Shown here piece after piece: positions 1-14,700 of a DNA stretch of 64,000 nucleotides. Position 1 is the stretch's first letter. Each line of letters opens with the position of its first letter. This DNA comes from Bugula neritina (lineage: Eukaryota > Animalia > Bryozoa). A program made the translations under genes and the position numbers. Under the pieces are notes generated by a model. That model was given only the letters and a program-made list of their open reading frames with translations. It ran no database searches and was not told the origin of the DNA. The stretch is taken from assembly GCA_964035545.1 (NCBI GenBank), contig OZ037773.1:7717751-7781750 (forward strand). The letters are read 5' to 3'.

Positions 1-2054
1 AGCTGCGTTGCAACACTCAGAATTTACTTGAAACATGTGAGGCAATTCTTTCATATTTAATAACAGTGTGTTGTAGTATAAAGTAATGCGTCAGAAGCTT
101 GTGCCACGTTACCAAACAACCAGGTTTTTCAAAGCAAGACTTACAAAAGGAAAAGTCTCTTTTTCAGAAAAAAAAGCCCTCGAAAGATAAAGGCATGCTA
201 TCTGTTTCTATAATTAACCATTACGCTATTTAGATTATTTTTCACCAAAAATTATGCAAAAAATTTTGACAGTTTTAGGAAATGTTCTGTAATAACTATA
301 TTATAAAGTGTTTTACACTTGGCTCATCAAATTGAGAGTCACTATTACAAAGCAAGATATCAAGCGCCGTCAGAAATGCCAAAAAGGCACATACCTAGAT
401 GAAAAATGGCAGAGTGGTGTCAATGTTTTACTCTCAGATTTTATATAAAAAATAATAACATCTATAGCTCAATCACTGAAAGAAAATATTTTACATCAAG
501 TTTTAATAGACAAAGTATTATATTAGAATTGTCTTTATCAAACATTTCAACACTAACTTGAAGTAAAATGAATATTCCCTCTTTAAAGATACTACACTAT
601 TTAATTGAATCTCGTCATTTAAAAAGAAATGTTTTGGGGTTGAAGCTATTGGTGCTGACAGGATAAGAAAGTCTACTCAGTCTACTTTCTTTCTTTATTC
701 ACTCAGACACACTTATTGGAGATTTTGTATAAAGTGAATCACAGGTTGGCACTCGATTTGACAGTTAATTGTAAATGCCAGCTATAGAACAACTTTTGAT
801 TGTTGGAATAGCTACCAAATTGGCCAATAACCAAAAAGTTCTTTGCCATGAAAAGAATGCGGCAGATAATTGAAAATGGTATAGCAAAAACTTATTTCTC
901 AAGTCATAGTGTGAGAGATTTCATTGTCTCATTCAAAAAAGTAGTTCAGTTCTATCATGGAAAGGCTTTGACAAAATTACGGTTTGGCACCTTCAAAACA
1001 ATTGCTAGAAACTGTGAGAATTGACATGGTAACAGGCTTGCGCCAGCTCTCTTAATGTTAATAATAAGACAACTCTCAAACCATCATTTCATAGGGTAAC
1101 AAAATTGTAGTAAATATAATCGTAGTTCGACGTAACTACAATGTCCTCAGCTTATGTATTGAGTAAAGCAGTTATTTCTATCAATTTGTAAGTTAAATAT
1201 ACTCAAAAGAGAGTCAAAACATCCATAATATATTAATTTTTTGATCCAAACTTTAATTATTTTAATATAAGCACATCAATAGTTATACTACCCTATATAG
1301 TGATAGTAATCATACTGCAGGAGAAATAGTAGCAGCTAGTACCCTGAGAGCGCATAAAACTTTGTAGTTTTCAAGATCAGCATGCTTAGCTGACGTGCCA
1401 AACAGACTCTCCAAAAATGCAGATCTCAAGGCGTAGCACATTGCCAAAGTTGCACTTTGTAGTAGAATAGAGTCTAGTAACTGCCTGCATAATGAATATA
1501 TAATAATATGTTCACAGGAAGCATCAACATGCGTGCGCCAAGTGCACTTCCATGATACATAACGTGTGTCATGGAAGCTACTAGAACAGTGTCTAAACGC
1601 AGCACATGCAGTTAAATGAAAATTGGCGAGATATGATCATCATAATTATGCTCTTCAACACTGAAAGCAGGTTTCCCCCAAGTGTAGCATCTAATCCTGT
1701 CAAAACCAGTCTTTCACAAAAATAATGCAATGATATGAAGAATTATCTTCTTTCTGTTTTTATCTTGTGAGATATTGCCACAGTGAAAACTGCACTAAGA
1801 GTTGTCAGGGTTTATTGAAGTCTGATAATTTACATGGCACAAATAATTAATACTCATGAAGAAATCTTGATAACGGTACATTTTCCTGCGGATATGTGCA
1901 TGTTAAATGAGTATGATATGCATTGCTGTGGATATTACATATCTTATTATATGAAAAGAACATATTTAAGCTGTGTATATAGTATGCACTGCTGTGTATA
2001 CATATATTATATAAATACACTACACATTGCAATATAACTAGTGCACTATTTCAG

Positions 2055-2740
<686 letters not shown>

Positions 2741-4090
2741 CTCTGTCAACTCTTCAACACTGTACACTAGCTACTTACACCTCAACACTGTATATTAGCT
2801 ATGACTAAGTTATTTAAGAGTGACGGACACTGTACATATCCAGAAAGATTTGCATATACAGACGTGGTGTAGGGTGTAGTTACTGCCATTCTCGTAAATA
2901 AATCAGAACATAATGAGCTGATTTAGTTTTTCTAAGTAACAGCTGAAAAAAATGTATATTTTAATAATTTATTGAAATTCAGAGAAATGAAACATATATT
3001 TACAGGACTACTATTATATATCTATATTGGGTAAATAAAGTCAGTTATAGTATACAAAGTAACAGAGTAATTTGCAAGTGACAGTTCATCCATATTATAG
3101 CATTGAGATCTCAAGTAACATCAGTGTACGTCCATAGAAGTGGAGGTTGGAGATCCATGTATATACTGCTGCACAGTTTTTCTACAAATAATTCAGATCA
3201 GGTTTTAAACAGTTTCAACTATTATAAGAAACGATACTTAGATAAGTTTGTTCACAGCATACGGATATCTAGACCTGATGCTAGCTTATTGCCACCATGT
3301 CTGGTTTAATACAACTCAGAACTAGATGCATTTTTGTATAGAAAAATACCAAAATTTTATGTGCGGTTTCGACCCATCCAACTAATGCTTCATAAGCAGA
3401 TGCAAATGTCCAAATCATATGTGGGAATTATCAGCCCCACATATTATTCACATATGTAATGGTTACATTGTCTGTGTAGTAATTAATTAATCCATAGCTT
3501 TGAAACACTGGTTGCTGGGAATAAAGCAAAGGTTCATAAGGTCCCAGACTATTACTCCTTCCACGTCAGTTCTGACTGGTAACTAACACTCCATTCTTCA
3601 TGCAGAGATAATATTATGTCACCATTAGGTGGAGGAGTAAGGCTATTATGTCAATTGCCAGACTTATTTAGATATATATATGTAGAAAAGATAACTTCTC
3701 GACTAATAAAAGGCAACAATTTGTTGACTATTCTGAATACAGGAATTTAAAAAGGCAGGAATTTGTGTATCGAAGTATCTTTGTCACCTATTGTTTTCGA
3801 GCAAAATGTAGTTTATTAGCCAATCATTCTACTGGATTAACTTGAGAACCAAGAGAGGATAACTTATAATTTGTATTCTACACTGACACAAGAATGACTA
3901 AGGCAGGTGACATTGCGCTACAGTATCAACATAGAGAATACAACTCCTTAGACTGTACAGACACTATAGATCTTTAGTAATACAAATAGCTGCAATGATT
4001 GCAAAGTCTGATACAGTAAGTAGTGGTAAAGGATGTATTAGTTTAAAGCATGCCTGCATACAGATGTCTATGTTATGTGCTGAACACTCA

Positions 4091-5920
4091 CTAGTTGGGG
4101 CGGCCATCGCACGCCACTATCTTCAGCTTATCAGCAGTTATGGTGTCATGGAGGTCCCGGAACTCCGCGTTTTCCATAATCAGAGTCCACACATTGTCAC
4201 AGAACCGGTATGTGTGTAGCTTAGCCTACCAATCAACACGGGAATAGTAGAACACATATTATAATCATCATCATCTAATATCATATAAGGAATATGTATG
4301 ACAATATAAATATAATCTTATTAATATAATAATAATGGTGATTAAACTGCAGTCTGAACTTTTTATCATAGGTTATAGATTTCCCAGCGCAATCATCTGG
4401 TATTGGCAATCCCGAGATTGCTTGAAAAAAATTTTAGTAATAAAAGGTTCCAAAAAGGCATCAGGTGAGGAGGTATCAGTCAATGTGTCATTTAAAGTAT
4501 CAGTTGAGGTGTCAGTCAATGTGTAAGTTAAAGCATCAGTTGAGGTGTCAGCCAGGGTGCCAGTTAAGGTATCAGTCTAGGTATCAGTCAAGGTGTCAGT
4601 CGAGATGTCCGCCACTACCATGACCCAGATGTTCTTTCAGTTCACATTTCAAGGTGTAGCTATACTATTATATACTGTAAATATAAAAACCAAAGGTATA
4701 TAACTAAGATACCAAAATATGTAGTAAGTGACTTCAACAAATCTCGATAAGACAATGCCAAAGTCTAAGGTGTACAAGAACTAAAACTACACTTCCTGAG
4801 GCTACACGGTAAAAGTAAATCACAACATACCTTAAAGTGTATTCGGTTTCGGACTTTATCATGCAAGCTTTTGTTTATAGCTTCATCAAATGATTGCAGA
4901 GTTTTTAGCGCTAAAGTCGGAGAAAGTTGGCCGCACTACAAAAATAGAGAAATATACAAACTATTTCATGCCAAAGCAAAAATAAAATAAAAATGAAGAC
5001 ATAGAAAAATCGTAAGACTTTTGGTAAGATTTTGCATCTGATTAAAGAATTAAAAATTCTTTCTTTTGTTTGTTTAAACACACAAGTACAGAGCTAAGAT
5101 TGACTGAAATCAGGTGTATGTTAGCAGCCAAAAGATTAACATATCTACATTCTTTGTATTGAAATTTATTTTTTTAAATACTACCCTAGCTTGAAGTGAC
5201 TACATAATTATTTATAATGTCTTAATAATTATTTCTGCAGTGAAACACTCGTGAATTAAGTAAGAATGACACATTTCTGGAGTAACGGTGTAAGATAAAG
5301 TTAAGGAACATAATTATAATATTAATGAATCATTGGAAATCAATATCAAAATATATTGGCATTTTAATTCCCATTCTAATTCTTAATTTCTAATATCTGA
5401 TAGTCCTACTCCTATGCACTGTCAGTAGCATAGTGATTCTTATTTTATTACATTGGTAAAGTATTGGCTATCAGATTGCAATTCAATGAATCACAAACTA
5501 CAAAGTACTACTATAACGCCCAAAGTGATAACCATAATCATAATGATAAAATCATTCCCAATCATATTCATTGTGATTATCATTATGATCATCACTGTGG
5601 GCGTTATAGTCCACAGTAGTTCAAGTTGACAATCACAAAAACCATGTCAATGTCGCCTTTACTCCCATAGCTTTTTTATCATTATCACTATGATTGTGAA
5701 TGATCATGGTGACATTCACTTTGATTCCGATTGGTCATAACTCATGATTAGACTTGATAATCATAAACTATAGTCTTTATAATTTAACTTGAAAGTTGAG
5801 TCTATTCACTCGCAATGACTGAGTGAGTCAGAGTGAGAGTGTTACCTGAATTAATTCTTCAATACTCTCCTGTAGGGTATGGCCCAGAGTTGTATTTCGA
5901 TACAGTTGGTAGGCAGCCAT
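4091..5920 (-). CDS. GTF2A2: Transcription initiation factor IIA gamma (small) subunit, 104 aa, 3 coding exons
   Basis: Exons 5920-5846 ([25 protein letters not shown]), 4935-4831 ([35 protein letters not shown]) and 4225-4091 ([44 protein letters not shown]), joined by phase-0 GT-AG introns. [20 protein letters not shown] and KIVACDG are TFIIA-gamma signatures. Confidence 0.97.
4457..4610. repeat. Degenerate 12-bp tandem repeat (aggtRtcagtYR) in GTF2A2 intron 2
   Basis: About 12 imperfect copies, e.g. gaggtatcagtc, aaagtatcagtt, gaggtgtcagtc, aaggtatcagtc. Confidence 0.8.
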
Positions 5921-6224
5921 ATATCTTTATTAATATTTAATATTTTTAATTATTTAAATTCTTTCAAGTTGAACTTGAAGTTTAACTTCAATATAGTTAC
6001 TGACTCTGAGTCACTGTCAGTGTGAGTGTCAGTCTGAGTCTCCGTGACAAAAACTGACTCTGAAAGAACTCGACGATTAGCTTAAAATAAATGTCTGTAA
6101 ACTCGATATCAAGTATTAATTATGATTATTAATCCTCTTTGCAAAAATTACTTGATTTTAAAAAATGAGCAACCAGTAAGTAAGTATGAGTAGAATACTG
6201 AACACAGGGTGAGATTGAATTTGA

Positions 6225-6290
6225 CAACTAGCGACCAAAACCGGAAACGACTACAATAAATGACCTAGGCCTTTAAATTGCGAAAGGGGA
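6225..6290. promoter_or_regulatory. Candidate promoter core upstream of GTF2A2 (ETS-like CCGGAA next to GACTACAA)
   Basis: Small CpG-containing patch about 320 nt upstream of the GTF2A2 ATG. CCGGAAAC is directly followed by GACTACAA, a partial ZNF143/THAP11-type housekeeping motif. Function is inferred. Confidence 0.4.
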
Positions 6291-7135
6291 AATAACTCTA
6301 AGAAGTACTTAGATATTATTTTATTATCCATAATATTATTATAACGCTTTTAGTATTATATATTATATTATGCACAATATAGGCCCCCAACTTAAAGACA
6401 TAATGAAACAAGTTCTAATTTTATGTGATGAACTGCGTATAATATCAACATGTGGCATACATAAATATAAATTCATTGAATCAGCAAATATTGGAATGTT
6501 GAAAATATATTATATTATAATAGTTTGAGGTTATAGCTTAAAAGTGAGTAAAAAATAATAACGGCTGCCAAGTCTATTTTTGTATTTTTTTACAATTTTT
6601 CATAATATAAACTGCATTCTATCATGGTAGTAGTGGTAATGGTAGTGGTAGCAGTTACAGTGATAATATGATAATTTATAGTGGCAGTGGTGGTGCTAGT
6701 GGTAGTGTGGTAACAGTACTAGTAGTGGTAGTTATGGTAGTGGTTTGTATATAGTACCTTCAAAATATCCAATAGAGCTATAAAAAATATTGTGACTTGA
6801 AAGTGAACTTTAGTGTTTATTTTAATGAACCTTCCAAGTAAATGATTTTATCTCTAGTGTGGTGGTATATAATGATAAACTGCCTTTCATATTTTTAAAA
6901 CTTTAAACATAGTGGGTTTTGCTACTTTTTAAAGATTTTATGGTTGTTTGCTCTAAGCTAGACAGAGTTATGTGCAAATAACTAAAAAACTTTCCTGCTG
7001 CCATATAGTCAAATGCTTCACCCATGACTATTTGAAGCATAGACTGTCAACTAGACCTCCAACTTGGTACAACGATTCTCTGAAAAGACACATAATATTA
7101 TTTTTTTATAGCAATTTTTAAAATGTTTTATACAA

Positions 7136-7264
<129 letters not shown>

Positions 7265-10200
7265 CAGTGTAAGCCTCGTAATGTGCAGTGAGTAGTGAAT
7301 AACAATACACCATTTACTGCATGTCAATGAAGCCTACATAGACTGATTAATGTAATGTGCACTAGACTCATTGTTCCCAACATTGTCCATATATTATCCT
7401 GTCTCTAACCAATGTAGTTAGTGTTGTCAACTTGCTTACAAACTCATTCCGCTCTGCTTCTATTGTCTTTGAAGTGAGCGAGTCTTTTGTTTTATTAAAG
7501 TGTAAAGCGTTCAACTGCACTCATCTGTGAAACGCAATGTGTATGATTGCTTATTAGATGTCGCGTCAGATACTTTGTCAAATTGCTCACAGTTGGCCGG
7601 TTTCACAGGAAGCAGCAGGTACGATTAGCAATCTTAAGGGATTGTTTAAAATAAAATTAGTTATGCAAAAGCTAATAGTATCTCTGTATAAGATTTCAAG
7701 CTTGATAATGGTAGTCATGACAAAGTTTGCAGTTATAATGAATGTTTATCAGCCTTAAAGGATGCTATTTAATTTATTTGTGAATATTGTGATAACTATT
7801 GGTTGATTTAATGCTTACTGATATTTATGGGAAATTTGACAGTTTCAGCATTGCTTTATTTCTTACATTGATCTTGTGTCTTTTGGGTTGATCACACAGA
7901 AATTGAAATGTGGTGCTTCTTGGAGCTCCAGGAATTCTACTAACTCATTGTTTGCAGCTTGTAAGCCATCAATAATACTAAACATTTAGAGTACTATAAT
8001 ATTTCAACAAACATTTGGCTGTTTGTTTTAATGTTTTTATCTGCATGATTTTACTACCCATCTAAGTTCTCTTTGGTTTCCTTGCAACCATGATAATATA
8101 AATTAGCAATTTGTGCAATAAATAATAAAAATTTTATTTATTGCTTCAATTCATTCTGTTATCTCTGCATGGATATTCTAATTTGTAGCTTATGCAAAAC
8201 AAATATATTGAGCTCTTTATTTTGTTTTCTAAAGAGGGATCAATATTTTCAATAAATATTCTTAAATTAACTAGGATTAACCGTGACATCTCACTGAAAA
8301 GTGGAAAAGGGCCATCCCCCCCCAACTATATTGCTTAGTTTAGTAAATACACCCCCCTCCCCCCTAACTACGTTTATATTTTACACAGAGTAGTCTTTTG
8401 GATGATCTATTACTTTCATAGAACAACTAAATTTACAGAATTACAATTGCAAGGCTCGAGTTTTTTTTATTTGTGCAATATATTAGAATAGGGCTATTTG
8501 AATGCATGTGTGGGCAATTGTCAACTGGGCTAAAATATATTGCATTAGTTGAAAATCTATTATCCTATACGATTATGTATGTGCAGCTGGTATACTTACA
8601 ACTTATAAAGTTGGGGCTAATGCTGTAGCTTGAACTACCATGCAAGCTACAGTACATAACTTCTTTGGATATAACTTAATATTCTTGTCTGATGAAGTTA
8701 TTCCAAAACGGAAGTAAACTATGGAGTGTTAGAGTAATGAGGGTTTGGGTAAAACTAGCCAATAATATTGGGGCTTAGAGTCACCATCATCCAATAGCAA
8801 TGAGGGTTAGATTATCTTGTGGTAGCAGCAGTAGTGCAGCTCAACAACACTTCCAATTTTGTTCCTTTCTGCAATCAACAAGATAATTTAATTCATAGTT
8901 AGAATTGTCTACTCTACATCTCATAGCATAGCTTTAGCTTCAGCGCATATTTACAAATAGATTCTAACGCTTCTTCCATGTATTGTATGTTTTTCTTACC
9001 CTCTCTCCCCAACCACTGCACTCAGTGACCCCAAATTTTATGCTGCATCAATCAATTTCTTTCCTGGGCATGATTATGACCTAAAGTTGATAGGAATCAT
9101 TGCTGCATGTGTAATTTATAAGCTTAAATAGTTTAATCTCAATTTTTTCAAAATAGTATTAATTCATATAGATTTCAAAAACATACTTATAGTAGCTACT
9201 GATGATTGGCATCCAACGCGCAACTTGCTAAAAAGCCCTTTACTATATATGCCAGTGTTGTGAACAGTGTATACAACTGGCAACTAACACAGTATATAGT
9301 TTTATTGAATAAGCCGTCCCAAGAGCCCTGCTTTTGCCTCCAACAAAATGTCAAAAACATGTGCTGAGTAGATTGAGAGGGCTTGCTTCCTCTAACAAAT
9401 AGCATCACTAGAGTAGTTAGTAATAATATGCTGACTTTCTGTACTGTATAGAGTTACATGCTGAGTGTGTGTGTGTACACTGTTGATACATGAATTATAA
9501 TGTATAGTATGTATGGTATCCTGTACTGCAGTGTACATGTAGTACAGTATACTGCATATACTGTGTTGTAGTGTAAATTAGTATACTGTAATATGTAAAG
9601 CAATGTTCATGAAGTATAACATACTCTACATATCATATAATATACTATGTTACATGTTGTATAACATATTGAATAGGCTATAATATTATAATATTGCAAC
9701 AAAATATACTATAATATATTGTATATAGGTATGGAAATATATAGCACACAGACTATATTATAATATATGTTAATTATATTTTGTTACTTTAGGTAAAATA
9801 ATTGGAGTTAACATTTGCAATTTTTTCAGTTTTTGAAATAAAAACATCCAACCTGGAGATCAAATAAAGAGACATAACTCCTAATATTACCTTAAAGTTC
9901 TGTTTACTGTGAATCTGTGTATTACACATAATAGTAGTATATACTGCACACGTAGGTATGTCGTGTATAGTCAAACATTTTGCATAATAAATACTGTAAT
10001 ATGCAGGACTAAATAATGAAATAAAAATTACAGTCATGTGTTAATATTTAGTTCTAGTGTTATAAATATGACAATGTAGTGAAAGTGAATATTTATAGCT
10101 AATGTAGTTTGGTGATTGCACAGTCACAGCTATGGGAACTTCGACTCTTTCATTTATTACAGTTTTATTAGCCTCAATTGAGATGATAACAGCACTAATA

Positions 10201-10588
10201 ATACACAAGTATCCTTAGTGCTCGCCTTTCTCTTCAATTGAATATGAATAATTCGCAACAATAGACTTTCCCAAACATCCAATAAGCTTCGTTGTAAATA
10301 CTAGCTCTGCGCGTAATTAATGTTGTATAATGAGATGGTGTTGAATTAAACTTCATTTCAAAGTTGCTGTGAAGAAGCTGTTGCAGTGTGTAGCTATGTA
10401 GTTTGTGAGATGGATGGAGATTATTGTGACATTTACAGAAAGAAGTGACAAGTATCAGCAGGTGCTCTAATATTAGCTGAGTAGAAATTAGAAATTTATC
10501 ACAGCACATTATCTTCTGACTCAGTTCTCTAAACATTTCCTATTTATTCCAAACCTTTTTGGAAATACTGAAATAGATTTCCCCGCAG

Positions 10589-10643
10589 GAACTGCCTAGA
10601 CAGTTATAGTCTTTGGGGCATTTAGTTAATCATTCAACATAAG
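10589..10643 (+). other. Candidate non-coding 5'UTR exon of LHFPL2-like gene
   Basis: tttccccgcag| 55 nt |gtaagc with strong splice signals. It lies upstream of the acceptor at 11712-11713, just before the ATG. Confidence 0.5.
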
Positions 10644-10779
10644 GTAAGCAAATGAAACAAGTCTCGGTCTGATTTCAAGCTTTTTCCAGTGTGATTATTT
10701 CTAAAGCATTTATCCATTGCATTTAAAATAATTTAAACACTTTTGCTTTACTTGTTAGGTGAAGGCAAAGTGTGCTCTG

Positions 10780-11229
<450 letters not shown>

Positions 11230-11714
11230 TTCTTCTAGCTGCAGAAATCATGCATTCCTGGTATATACTGGTATATTATATTAACTATTTTATTAATACT
11301 CTTGTCTAGTATACAATTATGGGCTAATTAGGCTACTATTCAATTATATACAACTAATGTATCAGTATAATATTTACTGAGCACTTTATTAAAATTATGT
11401 TAGAACATACTGTGTTATATAATGCATAGCTATTAGATACAGTATTATTTGCACTGTGCAGTACTATACGAATATATAAAGTACGCATTGTACTTTTACA
11501 TTACTGATTTATACACATGCATATAATTATCATACACTCTCACGTATAACTAATATAGTACTACTATATTGCATTATACAAATGATATATCATTAAGCAT
11601 TACCTTTATACTACTAATATAATATTATATTATATTACACAACTACTATTACCAACTGTAGAATCCATAGCAATGTTCTTAATATATAAACACAACAAGT
11701 TTATATATTACAGG

Positions 11715-14700
11715 ATGGCATGTTATGTAATAGTGACATGTATGTCCATGTTATGGACTACCATGACTTTAATAACCACACTGGCTGTGTTCTACTGCTT
11801 GTCATCTACCGAATGGTTGGTGGGATTTCAGAGGCACCCCAACTATCATGAAACTTTACAAGAAGTTAACCAAGTCAACCAGTCAATAGAGGAAAAGGAG
11901 TATATATATTATAGAAACTTAATTGATGAAGAAAGTACCTCAAAATACTCGCCAACTATAGGTAAATATTCTCTTGTTTTATTTACACCTTTTCATCAAA
12001 TTTTGCCTCCAGCTTCACTTTTAGCAAATATATATAAGGATCACAATTATTTAAGCCTATTCACTTAAACATCTTCACTAAGTTTAGCTAATGTTAAGTA
12101 AGGACCATACTTATTTGACTGTTATATATTTTAGAATTTAAAAAAGTTTAGTTATAATATATATTACCTAGATCAATTAATTTATGTTTGTAATTTCTAT
12201 TGGTAAGTTATATTATTAACCTCTAAATGAAAAATATGTTTGTTGAAGAAAAGTGTTATTAGCAATGCCTTTCATGTTCATGTAAACTTCATATGAGGAA
12301 TTATTCCAATACTATTCCTGGAGTAATAAAATTACATAATTTTAATTTAATATCATAACAAAATGGCTTTATAAATTTTATATTAGGCAAAAACATCAAT
12401 TATCATAAACAACCAGTTGCAAGCTTTATATTTGTATATATAACTATGTTTTGGTTAAAGTAAAATCCCACAATCACACTGCATATGAGTCAGTATGAGT
12501 CAGTATGAGTCACATGATTGAGATAGTAGGAAGTACAGAGAGCACCTGCTTATGTCTGTTTGTTGTAGGGTTATACAAGAAATGTGTGACAGTTGAGGCA
12601 GGTGGTGACAGTGTACTCACTTGCACCCACTTCCTAACCAACTTTGGTCAAAGCAATGATATTTATCCTACAGCATGGCAGGTATGGCACTCTAGCACAA
12701 GTAATTTGTAAACTGACAGCACCTGCTAGTACAGTCCTTTATTCTGCTATTCTTCTGTAACTTTTGGCAGTTTAATTTTATATGTGTGATTATCTTACTC
12801 CATTTTTAATTGATATATTTTGTAAATGGCAAACTTGAAAACATGAAGCCCCCAATATAAGCCACTTCTAAATTAAGAATTAAGCAGTTGAACAGTCTAA
12901 CACTTTAACAAACACTTTCAACAAATATGAAATACTAGTCAGCCCTTGTCCAACAATTGTATCCATAGCTTTCTACATTTACTAAACTGTTGGTATATGG
13001 CTCATCTAACACAATCGTAACAGCTTTCAACAAAATGTCATTTAGTGAGCAAATTTTAGGCAAAATCTCCATTTCTGCACCTAAATGGTTCAGTAATGCT
13101 GTTCATACCCTGCATATTTGCTTTGATTAACTTTAAATAGTAACTTCACTTTAGTCTGCAGCTGCTGTTTTCTAATAGAAAGTTAAATAATTATTCAATG
13201 TTTATAAAAATAATATTGAGCTAAACTGCTGAATGGAATGTCCAGGTGATGTTAATCTTAAGGTAAACGAAATTCTCTTGTTTGTTTTGATACACCCTGG
13301 CATAGTGACTCATTCTAAACATGTGATTGACTGCCCTTACTTTCTATAGAGCCAGCCTTCTCTTACACCTGTATACTAATCTTTCACTTTACTACCACCT
13401 TACCCTGTGCAGCATTTTCAATTTCTAAGACTATTCATATGTGACAATAAAAGTGTTATCTCCTTTTGTTTAGTATAGTACAATAGTGATTTGTGTTATA
13501 CAAAGTGTTATACTTTATAAAATACATCATACATTATTATATGTAATATATTTTTAGGTAGCCTTAGTTTTAGTTTCCTTAGCCTTGGTTCTACTAGTAT
13601 TCACTACAATATGCGCAGTTCTCAGTCTATGTGTAAGGGATTTCTGCAGAAAAAGCCTATTCACTATAACCGGTCTTCTACAAGTCATATCAGGTTAGTA
13701 AAATATCATAGTTTGTGTTTCTAGTACAATCTGTGTACAACTCAGACCTTGTGTAGCAGAAGTAGGTAATGGAGAAATTAGAAGGAGCAGCTGTGGTCTA
13801 AGGATTAGAGTGCTGACTTAGTAAACACTAGTCAGTGGCTAGTAAATGCTAGGAAGAGCATCCAATCATAGTTGCTCCTGTGTCACATATGAATAAGTCC
13901 TTAGCCCACTTAAAAAACTTTTCCACCAGGGGTTCTTGCAGGGATGGTGACTATAAATCCACATGAATTGCTTATGTGCTCAAGAGAGGGAATGTAGCAG
14001 AAAATGCAGAAATTTCAACTTGCGAGTTGATAAAGACAAAGCAAACCATTAATTAGTAATGAGGGCTTAACTACTGATGTAAAGTCAAACTTGTAGCAAG
14101 CATAAATTGATCAACATTATTATGCCGGAAGTTCACACATTTAGTTTTGAGTTAACTGCAGTGAAACCTATAGTCTTAGTGTCAACTGTTACTTCAAATA
14201 CAGTGTCAAATTCTATGTGAAAGAAACACAATTCTAGGCATATGCTGGAATCATAAGCAAATATTGCATATTAGATAATAAAAGAACACTTTTATTTATT
14301 CAAACAACTGTTAGACAGTCAAGTCTGCAGTTATTCAAAGCCCTACAAGATAGTTGCAGTTTTTGTCCCAACTTAAAGTGCTAATAGGACTATTTGCAGG
14401 GCATTTACCCTCAAAATATCTGGTCTATCCCATGTCTAGTATCCTGCGACTATGTACTACCTAGCTAAGGTTGGACACCTGGTTTAACCAATTTTACTTA
14501 ACAACAGGGAGTCCACTAAATTTGCTAGTGTAAAGTACTAGCCAGATTATCACTAGAAGCAGCATTGAGTTGGGTGTGACTTAGTACAGTATTAGTATAC
14601 ACATCCGTGCCCGAACTCTAACTTTGGACTCTGGAGTCTAGAACCCTAACCAATGCACTCAGTGACCACCAACTCTGTGCTGCTTCAAGTGATTTTCTAG

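Noticed and set aside
848-1024. 58-codon ORF MKRMRQIIENG... in the first kb
   Set aside because: No recognisable homology or flanking splice signals.
13783-14670. tRNA-like heads as functional tRNA genes
   Set aside because: No complete cloverleaf and degenerate boxes; treated as SINE relics.
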